Part shown: piece after piece, positions 8,719 through 19,226 of the stretch
How positions within the stretch are numbered: the stretch's first letter is position 1
Layout of the letters: each line of letters begins with the position of its first letter
Assembly (NCBI GenBank): GCA_001780725.1
Contig: MFIM01000001.1
Location: 19,642 to 83,641, forward strand
Source: Candidatus Giovannonibacteria bacterium RIFCSPLOWO2_02_FULL_45_28
Lineage (GTDB): Bacteria > Patescibacteriota > Minisyncoccia > UBA11713 > 2-01-FULL-45-33
Direction: 5' to 3'
Length of the DNA stretch: 64,000 nt
The notes under the pieces: model-generated
What the model was told of the DNA's origin: nothing
Database searches by the model: none
Seen by the model: only the letters and a program-made list of their open reading frames with translations
Position numbers and translations under genes: made by a program

Positions 8719-9834
8719 ATGCGCATCTTAGCCATTGAAACATCCTGCGATGAAACGGCGATTGCTATATTAGAAGTTAGAAGTGGAAAATTTGAAGTTA
8801 GAAGCAATGTTGTTTTGTCGCAGATAAAAACTCATAAGCCGTTTGGAGGAGTGGTGCCGAATTTGGCGATGAGGGAGCATCGGAAAAATCTGCCGATTAT
8901 TTTAAAACGGGTGCTGAAAGAAGCCAAGCTTCCACTTGGAAGCTTGGCTTCTAAGTTGGACGCAATCGCAGTAACATACGGCCCCGGGTTGGAGCCGGCG
9001 CTCTGGGAAGGAATTAATTTCGCGAAGGATTTGGCGAAAAAATGGCGGGTGCCGCTGGTTGGAGTAAATCACTTAGAAGGACATATTTACGCGAGTTGGC
9101 TCGGTGGCGAGCCGCCAAAATTCCCCATTCTCGCCCTCATCGTCTCCGGAGGGCACACAGAGCTTGTTTTAATGAAAAAACATCTTAACTACAAAATTTT
9201 GGGAGAAACGCGCGACGACGCCGCTGGTGAGGCGTTTGACAAAGTTGCGCGGATGCTCGGATTAGGTTACCCGGGCGGTCCTCAAATTGCGCGTCTCGCG
9301 CAATTTGCGCAGAAACGCGCAGAACAAACGCAGAAAGACGCCGAAAAATTTCTGCGCAATTCAGCATCAAGTCCGCGTGTGTCTGCGCGGGAGCTTCGGC
9401 TCCCGAGGCCAATGATCAATTCAAAAGATTTAAACTTTTCTTTTTCCGGCCTCAAAACCGCCGTTCTTTACTATCTTCGCGACCATCCTTACGTGAACAA
9501 GGCGGAGGTGGCTTATGAATTTCAACAAGCCACGGTTGATGTTTTAGTCAAAAAAACCGCCGATGCATTACGGCTCTATGGCGGCGGTCTCCGCCGTATG
9601 GCGATTAAATCTCTAGTAGTCGGCGGCGGCGTGGCAGCGAATCAAGCCTTACGCCGTACGTTGGACGCTTTAATCAAAAACTCATTCCCCAAAATCTCAC
9701 CTCACATCTCCCCTCTCTGGCTTACGGGCGACAACGCAGCGATGATTGCAGTCGCTGGGTATTTTAAAACAAGAGCTCGAAAATTCTCAAAACCCGAAAC
9801 CCTAAAAGCCAAAGGCAATTTGAAGTTGGGTTAA
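8719..9834 (+). CDS. tsaD: tRNA N6-adenosine threonylcarbamoyltransferase
   Basis: IETSCDET, HLEGH, VSGGHT, GEAFDK, FSFSGLKT, DNAAMIA. Confidence 0.97.
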   Translation: MRILAIETSCDETAIAILEVRSGKFEVRSNVVLSQIKTHKPFGGVVPNLAMREHRKNLPIILKRVLKEAKLPLGSLASKLDAIAVTYGPGLEPALWEGINFAKDLAKKWRVPLVGVNHLEGHIYASWLGGEPPKFPILALIVSGGHTELVLMKKHLNYKILGETRDDAAGEAFDKVARMLGLGYPGGPQIARLAQFAQKRAEQTQKDAEKFLRNSASSPRVSARELRLPRPMINSKDLNFSFSGLKTAVLYYLRDHPYVNKAEVAYEFQQATVDVLVKKTADALRLYGGGLRRMAIKSLVVGGGVAANQALRRTLDALIKNSFPKISPHISPLWLTGDNAAMIAVAGYFKTRARKFSKPETLKAKGNLKLG

Positions 9835-9854
9835 AAAAATGCGAAAATTGCCGT

Positions 9855-11963
9855 ATGCCGTCCGAATTTGACAAGCCATACGACCCGAAAGAACATGAGG
9901 ATAAAATTTATAAGCTCTGGGAAGAGAGCGGATTTTTTAATCCCGATAAGCTCCCTGGTGGGCGGGGTAAAACATTTTCTATAACATTAGCCCCTCCAAA
10001 TGTTACCGGATCGCTTCATGTGGGACACGCTCTTGAGCACGCAACATCTGATGTTTTGATAAGATTTAAAAGAATGCAGGGCTATAAAACTCTTTGGCTT
10101 CCGGGAACCGATCACGCGGGAATCGCGACTCAAAATGTTGTGGAAAAAGAGCTCAAAAAGCAAGGTATTTCTCGCCATGACTTGGGACGCGAAAAATTTT
10201 TGGAGAAAGTCTGGGAATGGAAAAAAAAATACGGAAATATAATTTTGGATCAGATGAAAAAAATCGGGGCTTCTTGTGATTGGACAAGGACGCGGTTTAC
10301 TATGGATCCAGAATATCAAGAAGCCGTAAAAGAAGCTTTTTTGCATTATTACAAAAAGGGCTGGATATACCAAGGCGAGCGCGTTGTTAATTGGTGCATA
10401 AAAGATCAAACATCTTTATCCGACTTGGAATTGGAATATCAAGAAGAAAAAGGCAAATTGTGGTTCATTAAATATCCGCTAAAAAATTCCAAGGAATTTA
10501 TCATCATCGCGACGACCCGCCCCGAAACAATGCTAGGAGACACGGCGGTCGCCGTAAACCCAAAAGACAAACGCTATAAAAATTTAGTCGGCAAAAAAGT
10601 TTTGCTGCCGATACAAAACCGCGAAATCCCGATAATTTCGGATCGGAGGATAGAAATGAACTTTGGAACCGGTGCCGTTAAAGTAACTCCCGCGCATGAT
10701 ATGCTAGACGAACAAATCGGCGCTGACAACAAACTTCCTGCTCTGCAAGTAATTAATGAGATTGGCAAGATGACTTCCGCGGCCGGCCAAAAATTTGAGG
10801 GAATGAAGATGCTTGAGGCCAGAGAAGCGGTATTGAAAGAACTCGAGTCGCAAAATTTAATAGAAAAAATAGATGACTATCCGCACAACATAGCCAAATG
10901 TTACCGTTGCGAAACACACATTGAGCCGCTTCGCTCAAAGCAGTGGTTTTTAAAAATGGAGGAACTCGCCAAACTGGCGATAAAAGCAGTCAAATCCGGA
11001 AAAATAAAATTTCATCCAAAGCGCTGGGAAAAAATTTATTTTGATTGGCTGAAAAATATTAAAGATTGGTGCGTATCACGCCAAATTTGGTGGGGGCACA
11101 AAATACCGTTGGACGGCGTGGACGATGTTTTAGACACATGGTTTTCTTCCGCGCTTTGGCCCTTTGTTACATTGGGTTGGCCCGCCTCCGCTAAAACTTT
11201 GGCGGGTAAATCTAAAAAAAACGATTTAGAAACATTTTATCCGACAGATATTCTTACAAACGACCGCGGAATAATTAATTTATGGGACGCCAGAATGATT
11301 TTTTCCGGCTTAGAATTTATAGGCGCTCCCCCTTTTAAAGATCTTTTGATACATGCGACCATTTTGACAAAAGACGGAAAGCGCATGTCAAAATCTCTCG
11401 GAACAGGCATTGACCCTGTGGATTTGATAACTAAATACGGCGCCGATGCCACGCGCTTCGGGTTAATTTGGCAAGCCATGGGCGGGCAAGACATTCATTG
11501 GTCGGAGGAGCATGTTGTTGCGGGGCGTAAATTTTGCAATAAGATATGGAATGCGGCTAGGTTTGTGTTGCAACAAACTCCGCCCGGGAAGAAGTCCGAC
11601 TTCGGGACCCCAAAGAAGTCGGACTTCGAGGAGGGTGGGAATTCAAAACTCGGTTTTGATTATGCAAGCTCCGCGGATAAAAAAATCCTTGCCCAACTCA
11701 AAAAAACCAAAAAAGACATCGGCCGCCTCATTGATAAATACGAATTCGGCCAGGCCTTGCATACACTTTACAATTTTGTCTGGCACGATTTTTGTGATAT
11801 TTATCTGGAAGAATCAAAGAAAAATTTAAATGCCGAGGTTTTAGCTTCTGTCCTCGCAGAATCGCTCAAAATGCTCCATCCTTTTATGCCTTTTATTAGC
11901 GAAACAATCTGGGGGCATATTAACAATAAAAATATTTTAATGATTGAATCATGGGCATCCTGA
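9855..11963 (+). CDS. valS: valine--tRNA ligase (short form)
   Basis: PPNVTGSLHVGH, GTDHAGIATQ, TTRPET, DWCVSRQ, RMSKS. Confidence 0.96.
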   Translation: MPSEFDKPYDPKEHEDKIYKLWEESGFFNPDKLPGGRGKTFSITLAPPNVTGSLHVGHALEHATSDVLIRFKRMQGYKTLWLPGTDHAGIATQNVVEKELKKQGISRHDLGREKFLEKVWEWKKKYGNIILDQMKKIGASCDWTRTRFTMDPEYQEAVKEAFLHYYKKGWIYQGERVVNWCIKDQTSLSDLELEYQEEKGKLWFIKYPLKNSKEFIIIATTRPETMLGDTAVAVNPKDKRYKNLVGKKVLLPIQNREIPIISDRRIEMNFGTGAVKVTPAHDMLDEQIGADNKLPALQVINEIGKMTSAAGQKFEGMKMLEAREAVLKELESQNLIEKIDDYPHNIAKCYRCETHIEPLRSKQWFLKMEELAKLAIKAVKSGKIKFHPKRWEKIYFDWLKNIKDWCVSRQIWWGHKIPLDGVDDVLDTWFSSALWPFVTLGWPASAKTLAGKSKKNDLETFYPTDILTNDRGIINLWDARMIFSGLEFIGAPPFKDLLIHATILTKDGKRMSKSLGTGIDPVDLITKYGADATRFGLIWQAMGGQDIHWSEEHVVAGRKFCNKIWNAARFVLQQTPPGKKSDFGTPKKSDFEEGGNSKLGFDYASSADKKILAQLKKTKKDIGRLIDKYEFGQALHTLYNFVWHDFCDIYLEESKKNLNAEVLASVLAESLKMLHPFMPFISETIWGHINNKNILMIESWAS

Positions 11964-12670
11964 CATATATTTTTGTTACAATGTTTCTTGCATTTCTGCC
12001 GCCAATTTTGTGGCTTTGGTTTTGGCTCCGGGAAGACGCGCATCCGGAACCAAGGCGCGAAATTCTTGCGGTTTTTCTGGCTGGTATGGGCGCAGTTATC
12101 TTAGCGGTTGTTTTGGAAAGCAACTTTTTTGCCGCAAACCGTTTTTTACGGGGCGTGTTCGGTTACGGCCCATTTTACCTGCAGCTGTTTAATATCGTAG
12201 GGTTCGCCTTTCTTGAAGAAATTGTTAAAACCTCCGCCGCCTTTTTTACGGCTCTCCGCAGCAAATACTTTGATGAGCCAGTTGACGCCATGATTTATCT
12301 AATAACAGCCGCTTTGGGATTTGCCGCGCTGGAGAACGCACTTTTTATTGGCGAAAGCCTGAAAGCCGGTTTGGCGCAGTCCATCGCGGTAAGCGCTTTT
12401 AGATTTGTTAACGCGGTTCTGTTGCACGTTTCCGCCGCCGCCATTATTGGGGCTGGGCTTGCTTTTTCATTTTTTCATAAGGAGCGGAGGCACAAAGAGC
12501 TGGTTTTGGGATTGTTTTTCGCGGTTTTATTGCACTCTCTTTATAACTTTTTTATAATAGAAAATATAGGCGGAGATGCGGCAAACCAAGTAGTAATAAC
12601 AATGCTTGTTGTAGCAGGAGCCGCCGTTGCGCTAGTTTTATTTGAGCGGGCAAAACGTGTTATAATTTGA
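11951..12670 (+). CDS. prsW: PrsW-family intramembrane metalloprotease
   Basis: EE..K, GFAALEN and HSLYN motifs. Confidence 0.88.
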   Translation: MGILTYIFVTMFLAFLPPILWLWFWLREDAHPEPRREILAVFLAGMGAVILAVVLESNFFAANRFLRGVFGYGPFYLQLFNIVGFAFLEEIVKTSAAFFTALRSKYFDEPVDAMIYLITAALGFAALENALFIGESLKAGLAQSIAVSAFRFVNAVLLHVSAAAIIGAGLAFSFFHKERRHKELVLGLFFAVLLHSLYNFFIIENIGGDAANQVVITMLVVAGAAVALVLFERAKRVII

Positions 12671-12679
12671 TTAATAAGC

Positions 12680-13129
12680 ATGGCAGAACGCAGATCATTT
12701 TTTGAGAGGCTCACGGGGGGTGTTCATGTGGATAATTTAGATGAGCCGAGCGGCCAGGACGCCAAGAAGCCGACCAAGCACGACCTTCCTCAAGACGAGG
12801 AAGGGCAGCTTACGATTGATGTTTGGCAAACGCCGGATGAAATAGTCGTGCAGGCTATCGTGGGCGGGGTTAAACCGGAAGATTTGGATGTCTCTGTTAC
12901 CCACGATATGGTGACTCTTCGCGGCAAGCGCGAAAAACAAAGGGAAGTCTCCGGAAACGACTACTTTTATCAGGAACTTTACTGGGGGGCGTTTTCCCGC
13001 TCAATTCTGCTACCGCAGGAGGTTGACGCAGACGAGGCGCAGGCAACTATCAAAAACGGCCTTCTTACAATTCATCTTCCGAAACTAGACAAAGCCCGCG
13101 TTGCGAAACTCAAAGTGAAGAACGAGTAA
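12680..13129 (+). CDS. Hsp20/alpha-crystallin small heat shock protein
   Basis: FSRSILLP...A..KNGLLTI.LPK. Confidence 0.92.
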   Translation: MAERRSFFERLTGGVHVDNLDEPSGQDAKKPTKHDLPQDEEGQLTIDVWQTPDEIVVQAIVGGVKPEDLDVSVTHDMVTLRGKREKQREVSGNDYFYQELYWGAFSRSILLPQEVDADEAQATIKNGLLTIHLPKLDKARVAKLKVKNE

Positions 13130-13336
13130 AAATATTATTTTCGCAGTATTCTTGAATTAGTCCGAACGCATTTCGCCCTGAGCTTGTCGAGGGGCGAGGA
13201 ATTCCCCGCGCGAATTCGGAGCGGCCTCGCCGCAAGATTTAACAATTTCCAATTTTTCTTTGCTTTGCTCGTCCGTAGCTTTATGCGAAGGGGGGCGGCA
13301 GATTCTTAAAAATCCAAACTTAAAACAAAATTCGCG

Positions 13337-13747
13337 TTACCGCCTAAGTTGATGCCAGAGATAGATAGAACATATGATAAAGAAAGTTGGGACTAAAAAA
13401 AGAAAGCCCCAAAAAACCGGAGATGCAAATACGCTTTCGATGAAAGATCTACACGGCCATATCGATGCCGGGTCACAAGGAGTAATGATCGCTTTAATAA
13501 TTTGATAAATAAAAACAGTTGTCGTAGGTATTATTCCAAAAGTATATAACCATACCCCAACTAATTTTAACCTCATTAATAGTATTGAACCTAAAATTAT
13601 CAACGGTAGCGACACCCAAACGATAAATGTATAGTAGTCTGGCGCATCATGCAAAAGTAAGTTAGCGGCAATTATTAATGCCGCTGATAACAAACTTGAA
13701 ATCCATAATACAATTTTTAATGCCTTAGATAAACTTTGCTTTTCCAT
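13337..13747 (-). CDS. hypothetical membrane protein
   Basis: About four TM helices, AT-rich. Confidence 0.6.
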   Translation of the reverse strand: MEKQSLSKALKIVLWISSLLSAALIIAANLLLHDAPDYYTFIVWVSLPLIILGSILLMRLKLVGVWLYTFGIIPTTTVFIYQIIKAIITPCDPASIWPCRSFIESVFASPVFWGFLFLVPTFFIICSIYLWHQLRR

Positions 13748-13815
13748 ATGATTAAATTTTTTTCTTTCCGTTAAAATATGGTTCCCTCCAGAGGCGGGCA
13801 GGCGAGCCGATGTTT

Positions 13816-14127
13816 TTATTTGCCGCTTTTGATGCCGACTTTTTTCTCAAGAAGCAATATGCGCGCCAGCGCGTCTTCAAATTCGTCGCGATAAACAAAA
13901 TGCCTGCGGATTTCAGCTATGTCTTGTTCAATAACGCCGAGCCGTGCGTTCACATGGCTGGTTTCTGCTTCTAACCCGCTAAGCCGTTTATCAACAATCC
14001 CCAATCGCTTATCAACCTCTTCAAATTGTTTATCCACATTAACCTTTTTTGTCATCTTAGCCATCACATCATCAAAGCCGCGTTTTACCATTCTGGCCAA
14101 AACTTCATTCGTCGTATTTTTAGGCAT
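13816..14127 (-). CDS. short coiled-coil hypothetical protein
   Basis: Heptad repeats VDKQFEE/VDKRLGI/VDKRLSG. Confidence 0.65.
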   Translation of the reverse strand: MPKNTTNEVLARMVKRGFDDVMAKMTKKVNVDKQFEEVDKRLGIVDKRLSGLEAETSHVNARLGVIEQDIAEIRRHFVYRDEFEDALARILLLEKKVGIKSGK

Positions 14128-14220
14128 GTCTTAAGCTTATATTGTTAAATATTAATTGGTCAAGTTGCGATCTTTTTTAGTTTAATAAAACAGACTGACG
14201 TTTTTATAATATCATCTTTT

Positions 14221-14292
14221 CGCCCTCGGAGGGAATCGAACCCCCATATGCGCCTTAGAAGAGCGCCGTTCTATCCATTGAACTACGAGGGC
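14221..14292 (-). tRNA. tRNA-Arg(TCT)
   Basis: Reverse complement GCCCTCGTAGTTCAATGGATAGAAC..CTTCTAA..GTTCGATTC..CGAGGGCG. Confidence 0.93.
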
Positions 14293-14434
14293 CAGTTATA
14301 CAATCACTCTAATATATCTTTTTTTTAGCACATTTTCAATGGTATTGAGCGAAGGCAAAGAGGCGAAATCATCTGATGCCGAAAGGCTATCCGAGCCCCG
14401 AAACCAAGTTTTGGGGCTCGTTTTTTTACGAGAT

Positions 14435-14731
14435 TTATTTAAATGGGTCGCGAGTAAAAATGAAGGCCGGATTTTCCAAAAAGGCTTTTTCGGCACGGAC
14501 CTGCTCGCCGATCTTTTTTAGGTTGTTTTTTTTGAGCGAAACCGCTTTATTCTCCGCCGCGTTTGCGGATCTTTTATCCAAGACAAAATTTTTGTAGAGC
14601 CACAAATCGCCCAAAAGTAAAAGTGAAATTAAAATGGCGGAAAAAACCAGCTCCGCTGTCCATACAATTTCAATAGTCAGCGATTTATTGAATTTTAATT
14701 TGGCTAAAAATTTTCTGACAGCGTTCATCAT
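14435..14731 (-). CDS. pilus-cluster membrane protein
   Basis: Last gene of the pilMNO-like operon; one TM helix. Confidence 0.55.
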   Translation of the reverse strand: MMNAVRKFLAKLKFNKSLTIEIVWTAELVFSAILISLLLLGDLWLYKNFVLDKRSANAAENKAVSLKKNNLKKIGEQVRAEKAFLENPAFIFTRDPFK

Positions 14732-15234
14732 AAGTCAAAATTAAAAATAAGATAATTTATTCTTGTTGTCTTCGGCGCAACATTGACGCTTTCGGCAATG
14801 CCCGAATAGGGTATTTTATCCAGCAAAGCAATGAAATTGACTACGGAACCGAAATCTCCCGAAAGCTCAAACGACAGCGCCGCTTCCTCGCCTTTGGCGG
14901 CGGGGATTTTTGCTGATTTGGCGCTAAACCCAACGCCGGATTTTTTTGACATTCCCTCAAGCAACTTTAAGAAATCCACAAATTTGCTCTCATTTAAAAA
15001 GGCGCTTTCCAAAAGGTTAATTTCTTTTTCATAATCTTTGACGCCTGATTCCGCCACAGAGAATTCGCGCTCGCTTTTTTCTAAAAACGCCATTTTTGCT
15101 TCAGCTTCGGCGACAACGGCGCTAACCTCGCTGATTTTTTGATACAGCATCCAAATCAAAACCCCAAGCGCCGCCAGCGACAAAACAGCAAAACTTAACA
15201 CAAAAATCGGCTTTTTATTACTTAGCGGGCTCAT
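14728..15234 (-). CDS. PilO-like protein
   Basis: TM + coiled coil + LSGDFGSVVNFI; follows pilN-like gene. Confidence 0.65.
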   Translation of the reverse strand: MSPLSNKKPIFVLSFAVLSLAALGVLIWMLYQKISEVSAVVAEAEAKMAFLEKSEREFSVAESGVKDYEKEINLLESAFLNESKFVDFLKLLEGMSKKSGVGFSAKSAKIPAAKGEEAALSFELSGDFGSVVNFIALLDKIPYSGIAESVNVAPKTTRINYLIFNFDL

Positions 15235-15784
15235 ATTTATAGGCTTCTGGCTTAATTTTAATATTTAAAGTGAAGAGTGTTTTTGTTTCTTTGAGAAGGT
15301 TAGCGACCGGCGAATCAACTGATGCAAATTCGCTGACACTTTCTAATTTGTCTATGTATTTCAAAAGCTCATCGCGCCTTTCCGCTTCTCCCTGAACAGA
15401 CATGGTATAGAAGCCGTTTGCATCTTTACTAACATTGATGGACACCAGCCGAACAGCATCGGGAGCATTTTCCGCGAGTTTTCTAAAAAGAGGAGCAAGC
15501 TCGCCTCTCCTGGACTCGTTTTTTTCAAAAACAGAAACCCTTGCGTTGATCCCGCCGATTTTTTCTTCCAGATTTTTAAATTCTTTTCTTGCAAACACCT
15601 CCTCCGCAGCTTGAAGGCGCCTTAGTACGTCATCTTTGGAAAATACAAGAATAAAATAAGACGGCAGCATAAACACCAAACCGACCATTAGCGCAACAGC
15701 CAGATTTACGGCAAAACCTATCAAAATTCTTAGAATTTTTTCGCGGCGGAACTCTTTTTTATAATTTTTTGCGACAAAGCTCAT
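15218..15784 (-). CDS. PilN-like protein
   Basis: TM + coiled coil + V.G.A..R..L..Y...L; follows pilM. Confidence 0.7.
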   Translation of the reverse strand: MSFVAKNYKKEFRREKILRILIGFAVNLAVALMVGLVFMLPSYFILVFSKDDVLRRLQAAEEVFARKEFKNLEEKIGGINARVSVFEKNESRRGELAPLFRKLAENAPDAVRLVSINVSKDANGFYTMSVQGEAERRDELLKYIDKLESVSEFASVDSPVANLLKETKTLFTLNIKIKPEAYKYEPAK

Positions 15785-16866
15785 ATATTTTTTTCCTTAT
15801 CCAAAGCAGCCAGCGATAATCCAATAGAAGCAACGAAACGAATGGCGTCTTGCCGCTCAAGGTCCGGCAAGTAGTTTTTTGGGAATGAAACATTCGCCCA
15901 CGGATCGGCAAGCTGTACCGGGATGTTTAATTCTTGCTGCAGATAAGCCGCCAGCCCCAACAAATTAGCGTCCCCGCCGGAAAGGAAAAGTTTTGCTGGC
16001 GCCTCTTTGCTTTCCGAATGGGTTTGCCAATACTTTATGTATTTTCCCACCTCTTCTCTTATGGCCGTTATCACTGGCACAATGGCCTGAAAGACGGGCA
16101 GCGAATCCTGGTTTTGCCCGCCTTGACTCGGCGAGGCAGGTAAAAACCCGCTTTTTAGTTTCAATTCACGCGCCTTTTTAAGATCAACATTTAAAGTTTT
16201 GGAGATTGCTTCGTCAAGCGTTTCGCCACCGATGGGCGCCGTTGAAGCAAATCTTAAAACGCCGTTTTCTATGATAGAAAAACTGATGCGGGTTTTGCCC
16301 CAGTCCATTACAATAGTCGTCGCAGCAAAATTTTTAGGTATCAGCGATCTGACCGCGGCTACCAGCTCCGATTCAACGAGTACCGGCAGCGCCCCGGCTG
16401 AATAAAAAACCTCCGAATAAGAATCTACCAGCATTTTGGGAAATGCGCTGATTACCGTATCAAAGTGGTTTTTTTCTTTGCGCGCCAACGTATAGTCAAA
16501 AACAACTTCGCTTGGCGGGAGAGGAATATGTTCTTCCAATTGCAGCTCCAGCGCTTGGCGTATTTCCGTTTCCGCTTTTATGCCGGTCAGCTGGACATTT
16601 TCCAAAAATCCTTTTTCTTCCGGTAGGGAAACAGCTACGAACTTTATGTTTTTTTTAGCGAAAAGCTCCTTCAAAAGCGCCGCAAGCACTTCTTTTTTTT
16701 TGATTTCCCCGCGCTCAATGACGCCCGTGGCGATTTCTCCTTCCCCGAAGTCGTCTACCACAACGCCACTCCTTACCTCTTTCAAGCGCAAATATTTGTA
16801 AGATTTATCAGAAAGTTCAAAAGCGTAAATCGGGAGCCGCAGAAAACTTGGTATTGGTATAAGCAT
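15781..16866 (-). CDS. pilM: type IV pilus assembly protein PilM
   Basis: Actin-like fold motifs MDWGKT, LSGGDA, IGL. Confidence 0.85.
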   Translation of the reverse strand: MLIPIPSFLRLPIYAFELSDKSYKYLRLKEVRSGVVVDDFGEGEIATGVIERGEIKKKEVLAALLKELFAKKNIKFVAVSLPEEKGFLENVQLTGIKAETEIRQALELQLEEHIPLPPSEVVFDYTLARKEKNHFDTVISAFPKMLVDSYSEVFYSAGALPVLVESELVAAVRSLIPKNFAATTIVMDWGKTRISFSIIENGVLRFASTAPIGGETLDEAISKTLNVDLKKARELKLKSGFLPASPSQGGQNQDSLPVFQAIVPVITAIREEVGKYIKYWQTHSESKEAPAKLFLSGGDANLLGLAAYLQQELNIPVQLADPWANVSFPKNYLPDLERQDAIRFVASIGLSLAALDKEKNI

Positions 16867-16873
16867 ATCTTAA

Positions 16874-18745
16874 TTATGGCACGACTTCTCCCCACCCCTC
16901 AATATTCCACCCGCCCGACGGACCGGAAGAAAAGTTGGCGTTGGCAAGGCCCTGATCATAAGTGATGGTGGCGCCGTTGTCCAGCGATAATTTGTAAGCC
17001 GTAAGCTCTGTTACCCCGACGCCGTTATGCAAATTTGCCATAGAATCGCCCGCGTAAAATATCGCGCCAGCGGCATTGTTGTGAAGATCTATGGCGGCAT
17101 TGTGGTGCGTGCACGGCGAGGTTTGCTCTCCGCCGTTGCACCCCGCGAGAGTAGTAAGCATTAAAATATAACTTCCCGCCGTCCCGGATCCTTGAAAAAT
17201 GGCATTATTGCTTATATGCATCCAGCCGTCAAAAATTACGACACAGCTATTGGTGCCGAAAGACGGGTCACATTTTATTGTCGCGCCGCTGGAGCTGTTC
17301 ATATCCAAGTTGCCGGTAAAATAGAGCGTGCCAGTTACAGTCAAAGTCTGTTTTTTAGTCAAAGTAAGATTGCCGTTGATTTTTTTAGGGCCCAAAGTGA
17401 GCGTGCCGTTGTCTAGAATAGCGCATCCAAGAACGCCGTTGTCCCCGCAATCGCCGGTAATTTCTCCTCCTAAACCTGCGTCATTTTTCCAGCTTTGTAT
17501 ATTGGAATCTGAAATCGGCATGTTTTGCGGTGGCGGATCAGACGAGCCGGGGAAAGCAGTTCCCGGCGTCAAAGGATCGGGGCAAGTTGGGTTTGACGGG
17601 TTATTTAAAAAAGCAAGCGAGCTTGAATCAATCGTCTGGTAATACGCGTCTCCGCATATTTTGCTGTTTGTAATTGTGTTTGCTTTGGCGGTGCCGTAAA
17701 CCACAATGCCGTCTATTGAACTCGCGCCAGTTCCAAGATAAGTTTTAAAATTTAAGTCTCCGGAAACATCGGTCCACGGATCATCATCCCAATCTTTGCT
17801 GTATTTCGGCGAACCGCTGCCGTAGCCGGCCCCGCTATCTTTGCACCAAACGTAATATTTATTCGCGTCTCTACCGGTATCTAAAACAATCCAGTATGTT
17901 AGGCCGCTTGTTAAATTCGCCGGCGATGAAAAAGTTGCTTCAACCCAGCCATACGAAACCCCAACAAGACCGGAGGATAGCGCGGCACTTGCTAAAGCCG
18001 ACTGCGCCGGCGATCCGCTACTATCGGAAGTTATGCGGATTGTCGCATCTCCGGGACTGCCGACCTTTTTTATATACAAACCCACCTTAGCCAAAGGCTT
18101 GCTCTCCGATGGAGTAAAACTTTGTGCAAAATCAATCTGCGGATTGGCTTGTCCTGCAATTTGGTCTTGATTGCAAACAACAGAGCGCGCGGCCGCATCT
18201 TCCGTAATACTCGTAGAGACAATAAAATCTCCAGTAACGGTTGACCCGCTTTGTCCAGTTGCCGAGCCGTTGGAATAAACGTTTCCTGGCACTCCGCCCC
18301 CGCCCTCTACCCGGCTGTTTTGGTCCATAACAATACCGCCCTCACCGACTTGGGCGCCGTAATGAAATTCAACGCCTGTTAGATTTGAAAACGACGCACT
18401 TAATGCGCGGTTTATGCCCAAATAATCTCCCGCTGATTTTATTTTTTTTGTTGAGCCGCTTGTGGTGACGGCCACATTCGCGGTCGCGCCATTTAGTAAA
18501 ATAACAAACGAAGAAGTTAAATTTTTACCTCGCTTTAATCGGTAAGTCGCGTCGTCTATGCCAGCTTCCGCCGCAAAAAAAGAATAGCGCGACCGGGTGT
18601 TTTCCGTAGCAACTTTAGCTTCTTTGAGCGCCACCGACGAGGCTCCGAAAACCGCCGAGAGCATAATAAAAAGCATCAAAATTACTGCAATCAAAGCCGC
18701 CTGTCCGCGTTTTTGAAAATTAAAGGTTGGAAATTGGAAATTCAT
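16874..18745 (-). CDS. PilX-like minor pilin with large extracellular domain
   Basis: RGQAALI N-terminus, AAEAGI motif, Gly/Ser/Cys-rich body. Confidence 0.75.
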   Translation of the reverse strand: MNFQFPTFNFQKRGQAALIAVILMLFIMLSAVFGASSVALKEAKVATENTRSRYSFFAAEAGIDDATYRLKRGKNLTSSFVILLNGATANVAVTTSGSTKKIKSAGDYLGINRALSASFSNLTGVEFHYGAQVGEGGIVMDQNSRVEGGGGVPGNVYSNGSATGQSGSTVTGDFIVSTSITEDAAARSVVCNQDQIAGQANPQIDFAQSFTPSESKPLAKVGLYIKKVGSPGDATIRITSDSSGSPAQSALASAALSSGLVGVSYGWVEATFSSPANLTSGLTYWIVLDTGRDANKYYVWCKDSGAGYGSGSPKYSKDWDDDPWTDVSGDLNFKTYLGTGASSIDGIVVYGTAKANTITNSKICGDAYYQTIDSSSLAFLNNPSNPTCPDPLTPGTAFPGSSDPPPQNMPISDSNIQSWKNDAGLGGEITGDCGDNGVLGCAILDNGTLTLGPKKINGNLTLTKKQTLTVTGTLYFTGNLDMNSSSGATIKCDPSFGTNSCVVIFDGWMHISNNAIFQGSGTAGSYILMLTTLAGCNGGEQTSPCTHHNAAIDLHNNAAGAIFYAGDSMANLHNGVGVTELTAYKLSLDNGATITYDQGLANANFSSGPSGGWNIEGWGEVVP

Positions 18746-18746
18746 A

Positions 18747-19226
18747 TTAATAAGCCCCTCTCATTACGGCACTCCCGTAAAAATTTTTTGTTTTTTGAAA
18801 TTTACCGCTGCCTGCCTCAAGCGTAAATTCAACCCTTATCATTTTTGAATTGTCTGTTGAAGTGGCGTAGAAAATCAAATTTGTTACGGATACGTCAGAG
18901 GATGTCAGGTTTTCCGCCGGTCCGCCTTTTTGTATTTGGAGAACTACGTCGGAAAGAGAAAATTTTTCCGTAGAGCCGCCGATATTAATTTGCAAGACGC
19001 CGGGGTTTGTTCCAAAAACACTGATGCCTGCGTCAAAACTTTCGGCCGCGCGGACGTCGCGGATTATGGTTTCCAAAGCGACGTCGCCGTTTAACGCCAG
19101 CCTTCTTTCAACTCTTGTCTTTGCGAAAGCCTGATAGATAGAAAGTATTGAGCCCACAACCAGCACCGCAACGACAGCCAGTATGCTGACATAAACCACT
19201 ATTTCTAATAGCGTGTAGCCTCTCAT
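18747..19226 (-). CDS. prepilin-type minor pilin
   Basis: MRGYTLLEIVVY N-methylation motif. Confidence 0.85.
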   Translation of the reverse strand: MRGYTLLEIVVYVSILAVVAVLVVGSILSIYQAFAKTRVERRLALNGDVALETIIRDVRAAESFDAGISVFGTNPGVLQINIGGSTEKFSLSDVVLQIQKGGPAENLTSSDVSVTNLIFYATSTDNSKMIRVEFTLEAGSGKFQKTKNFYGSAVMRGAY

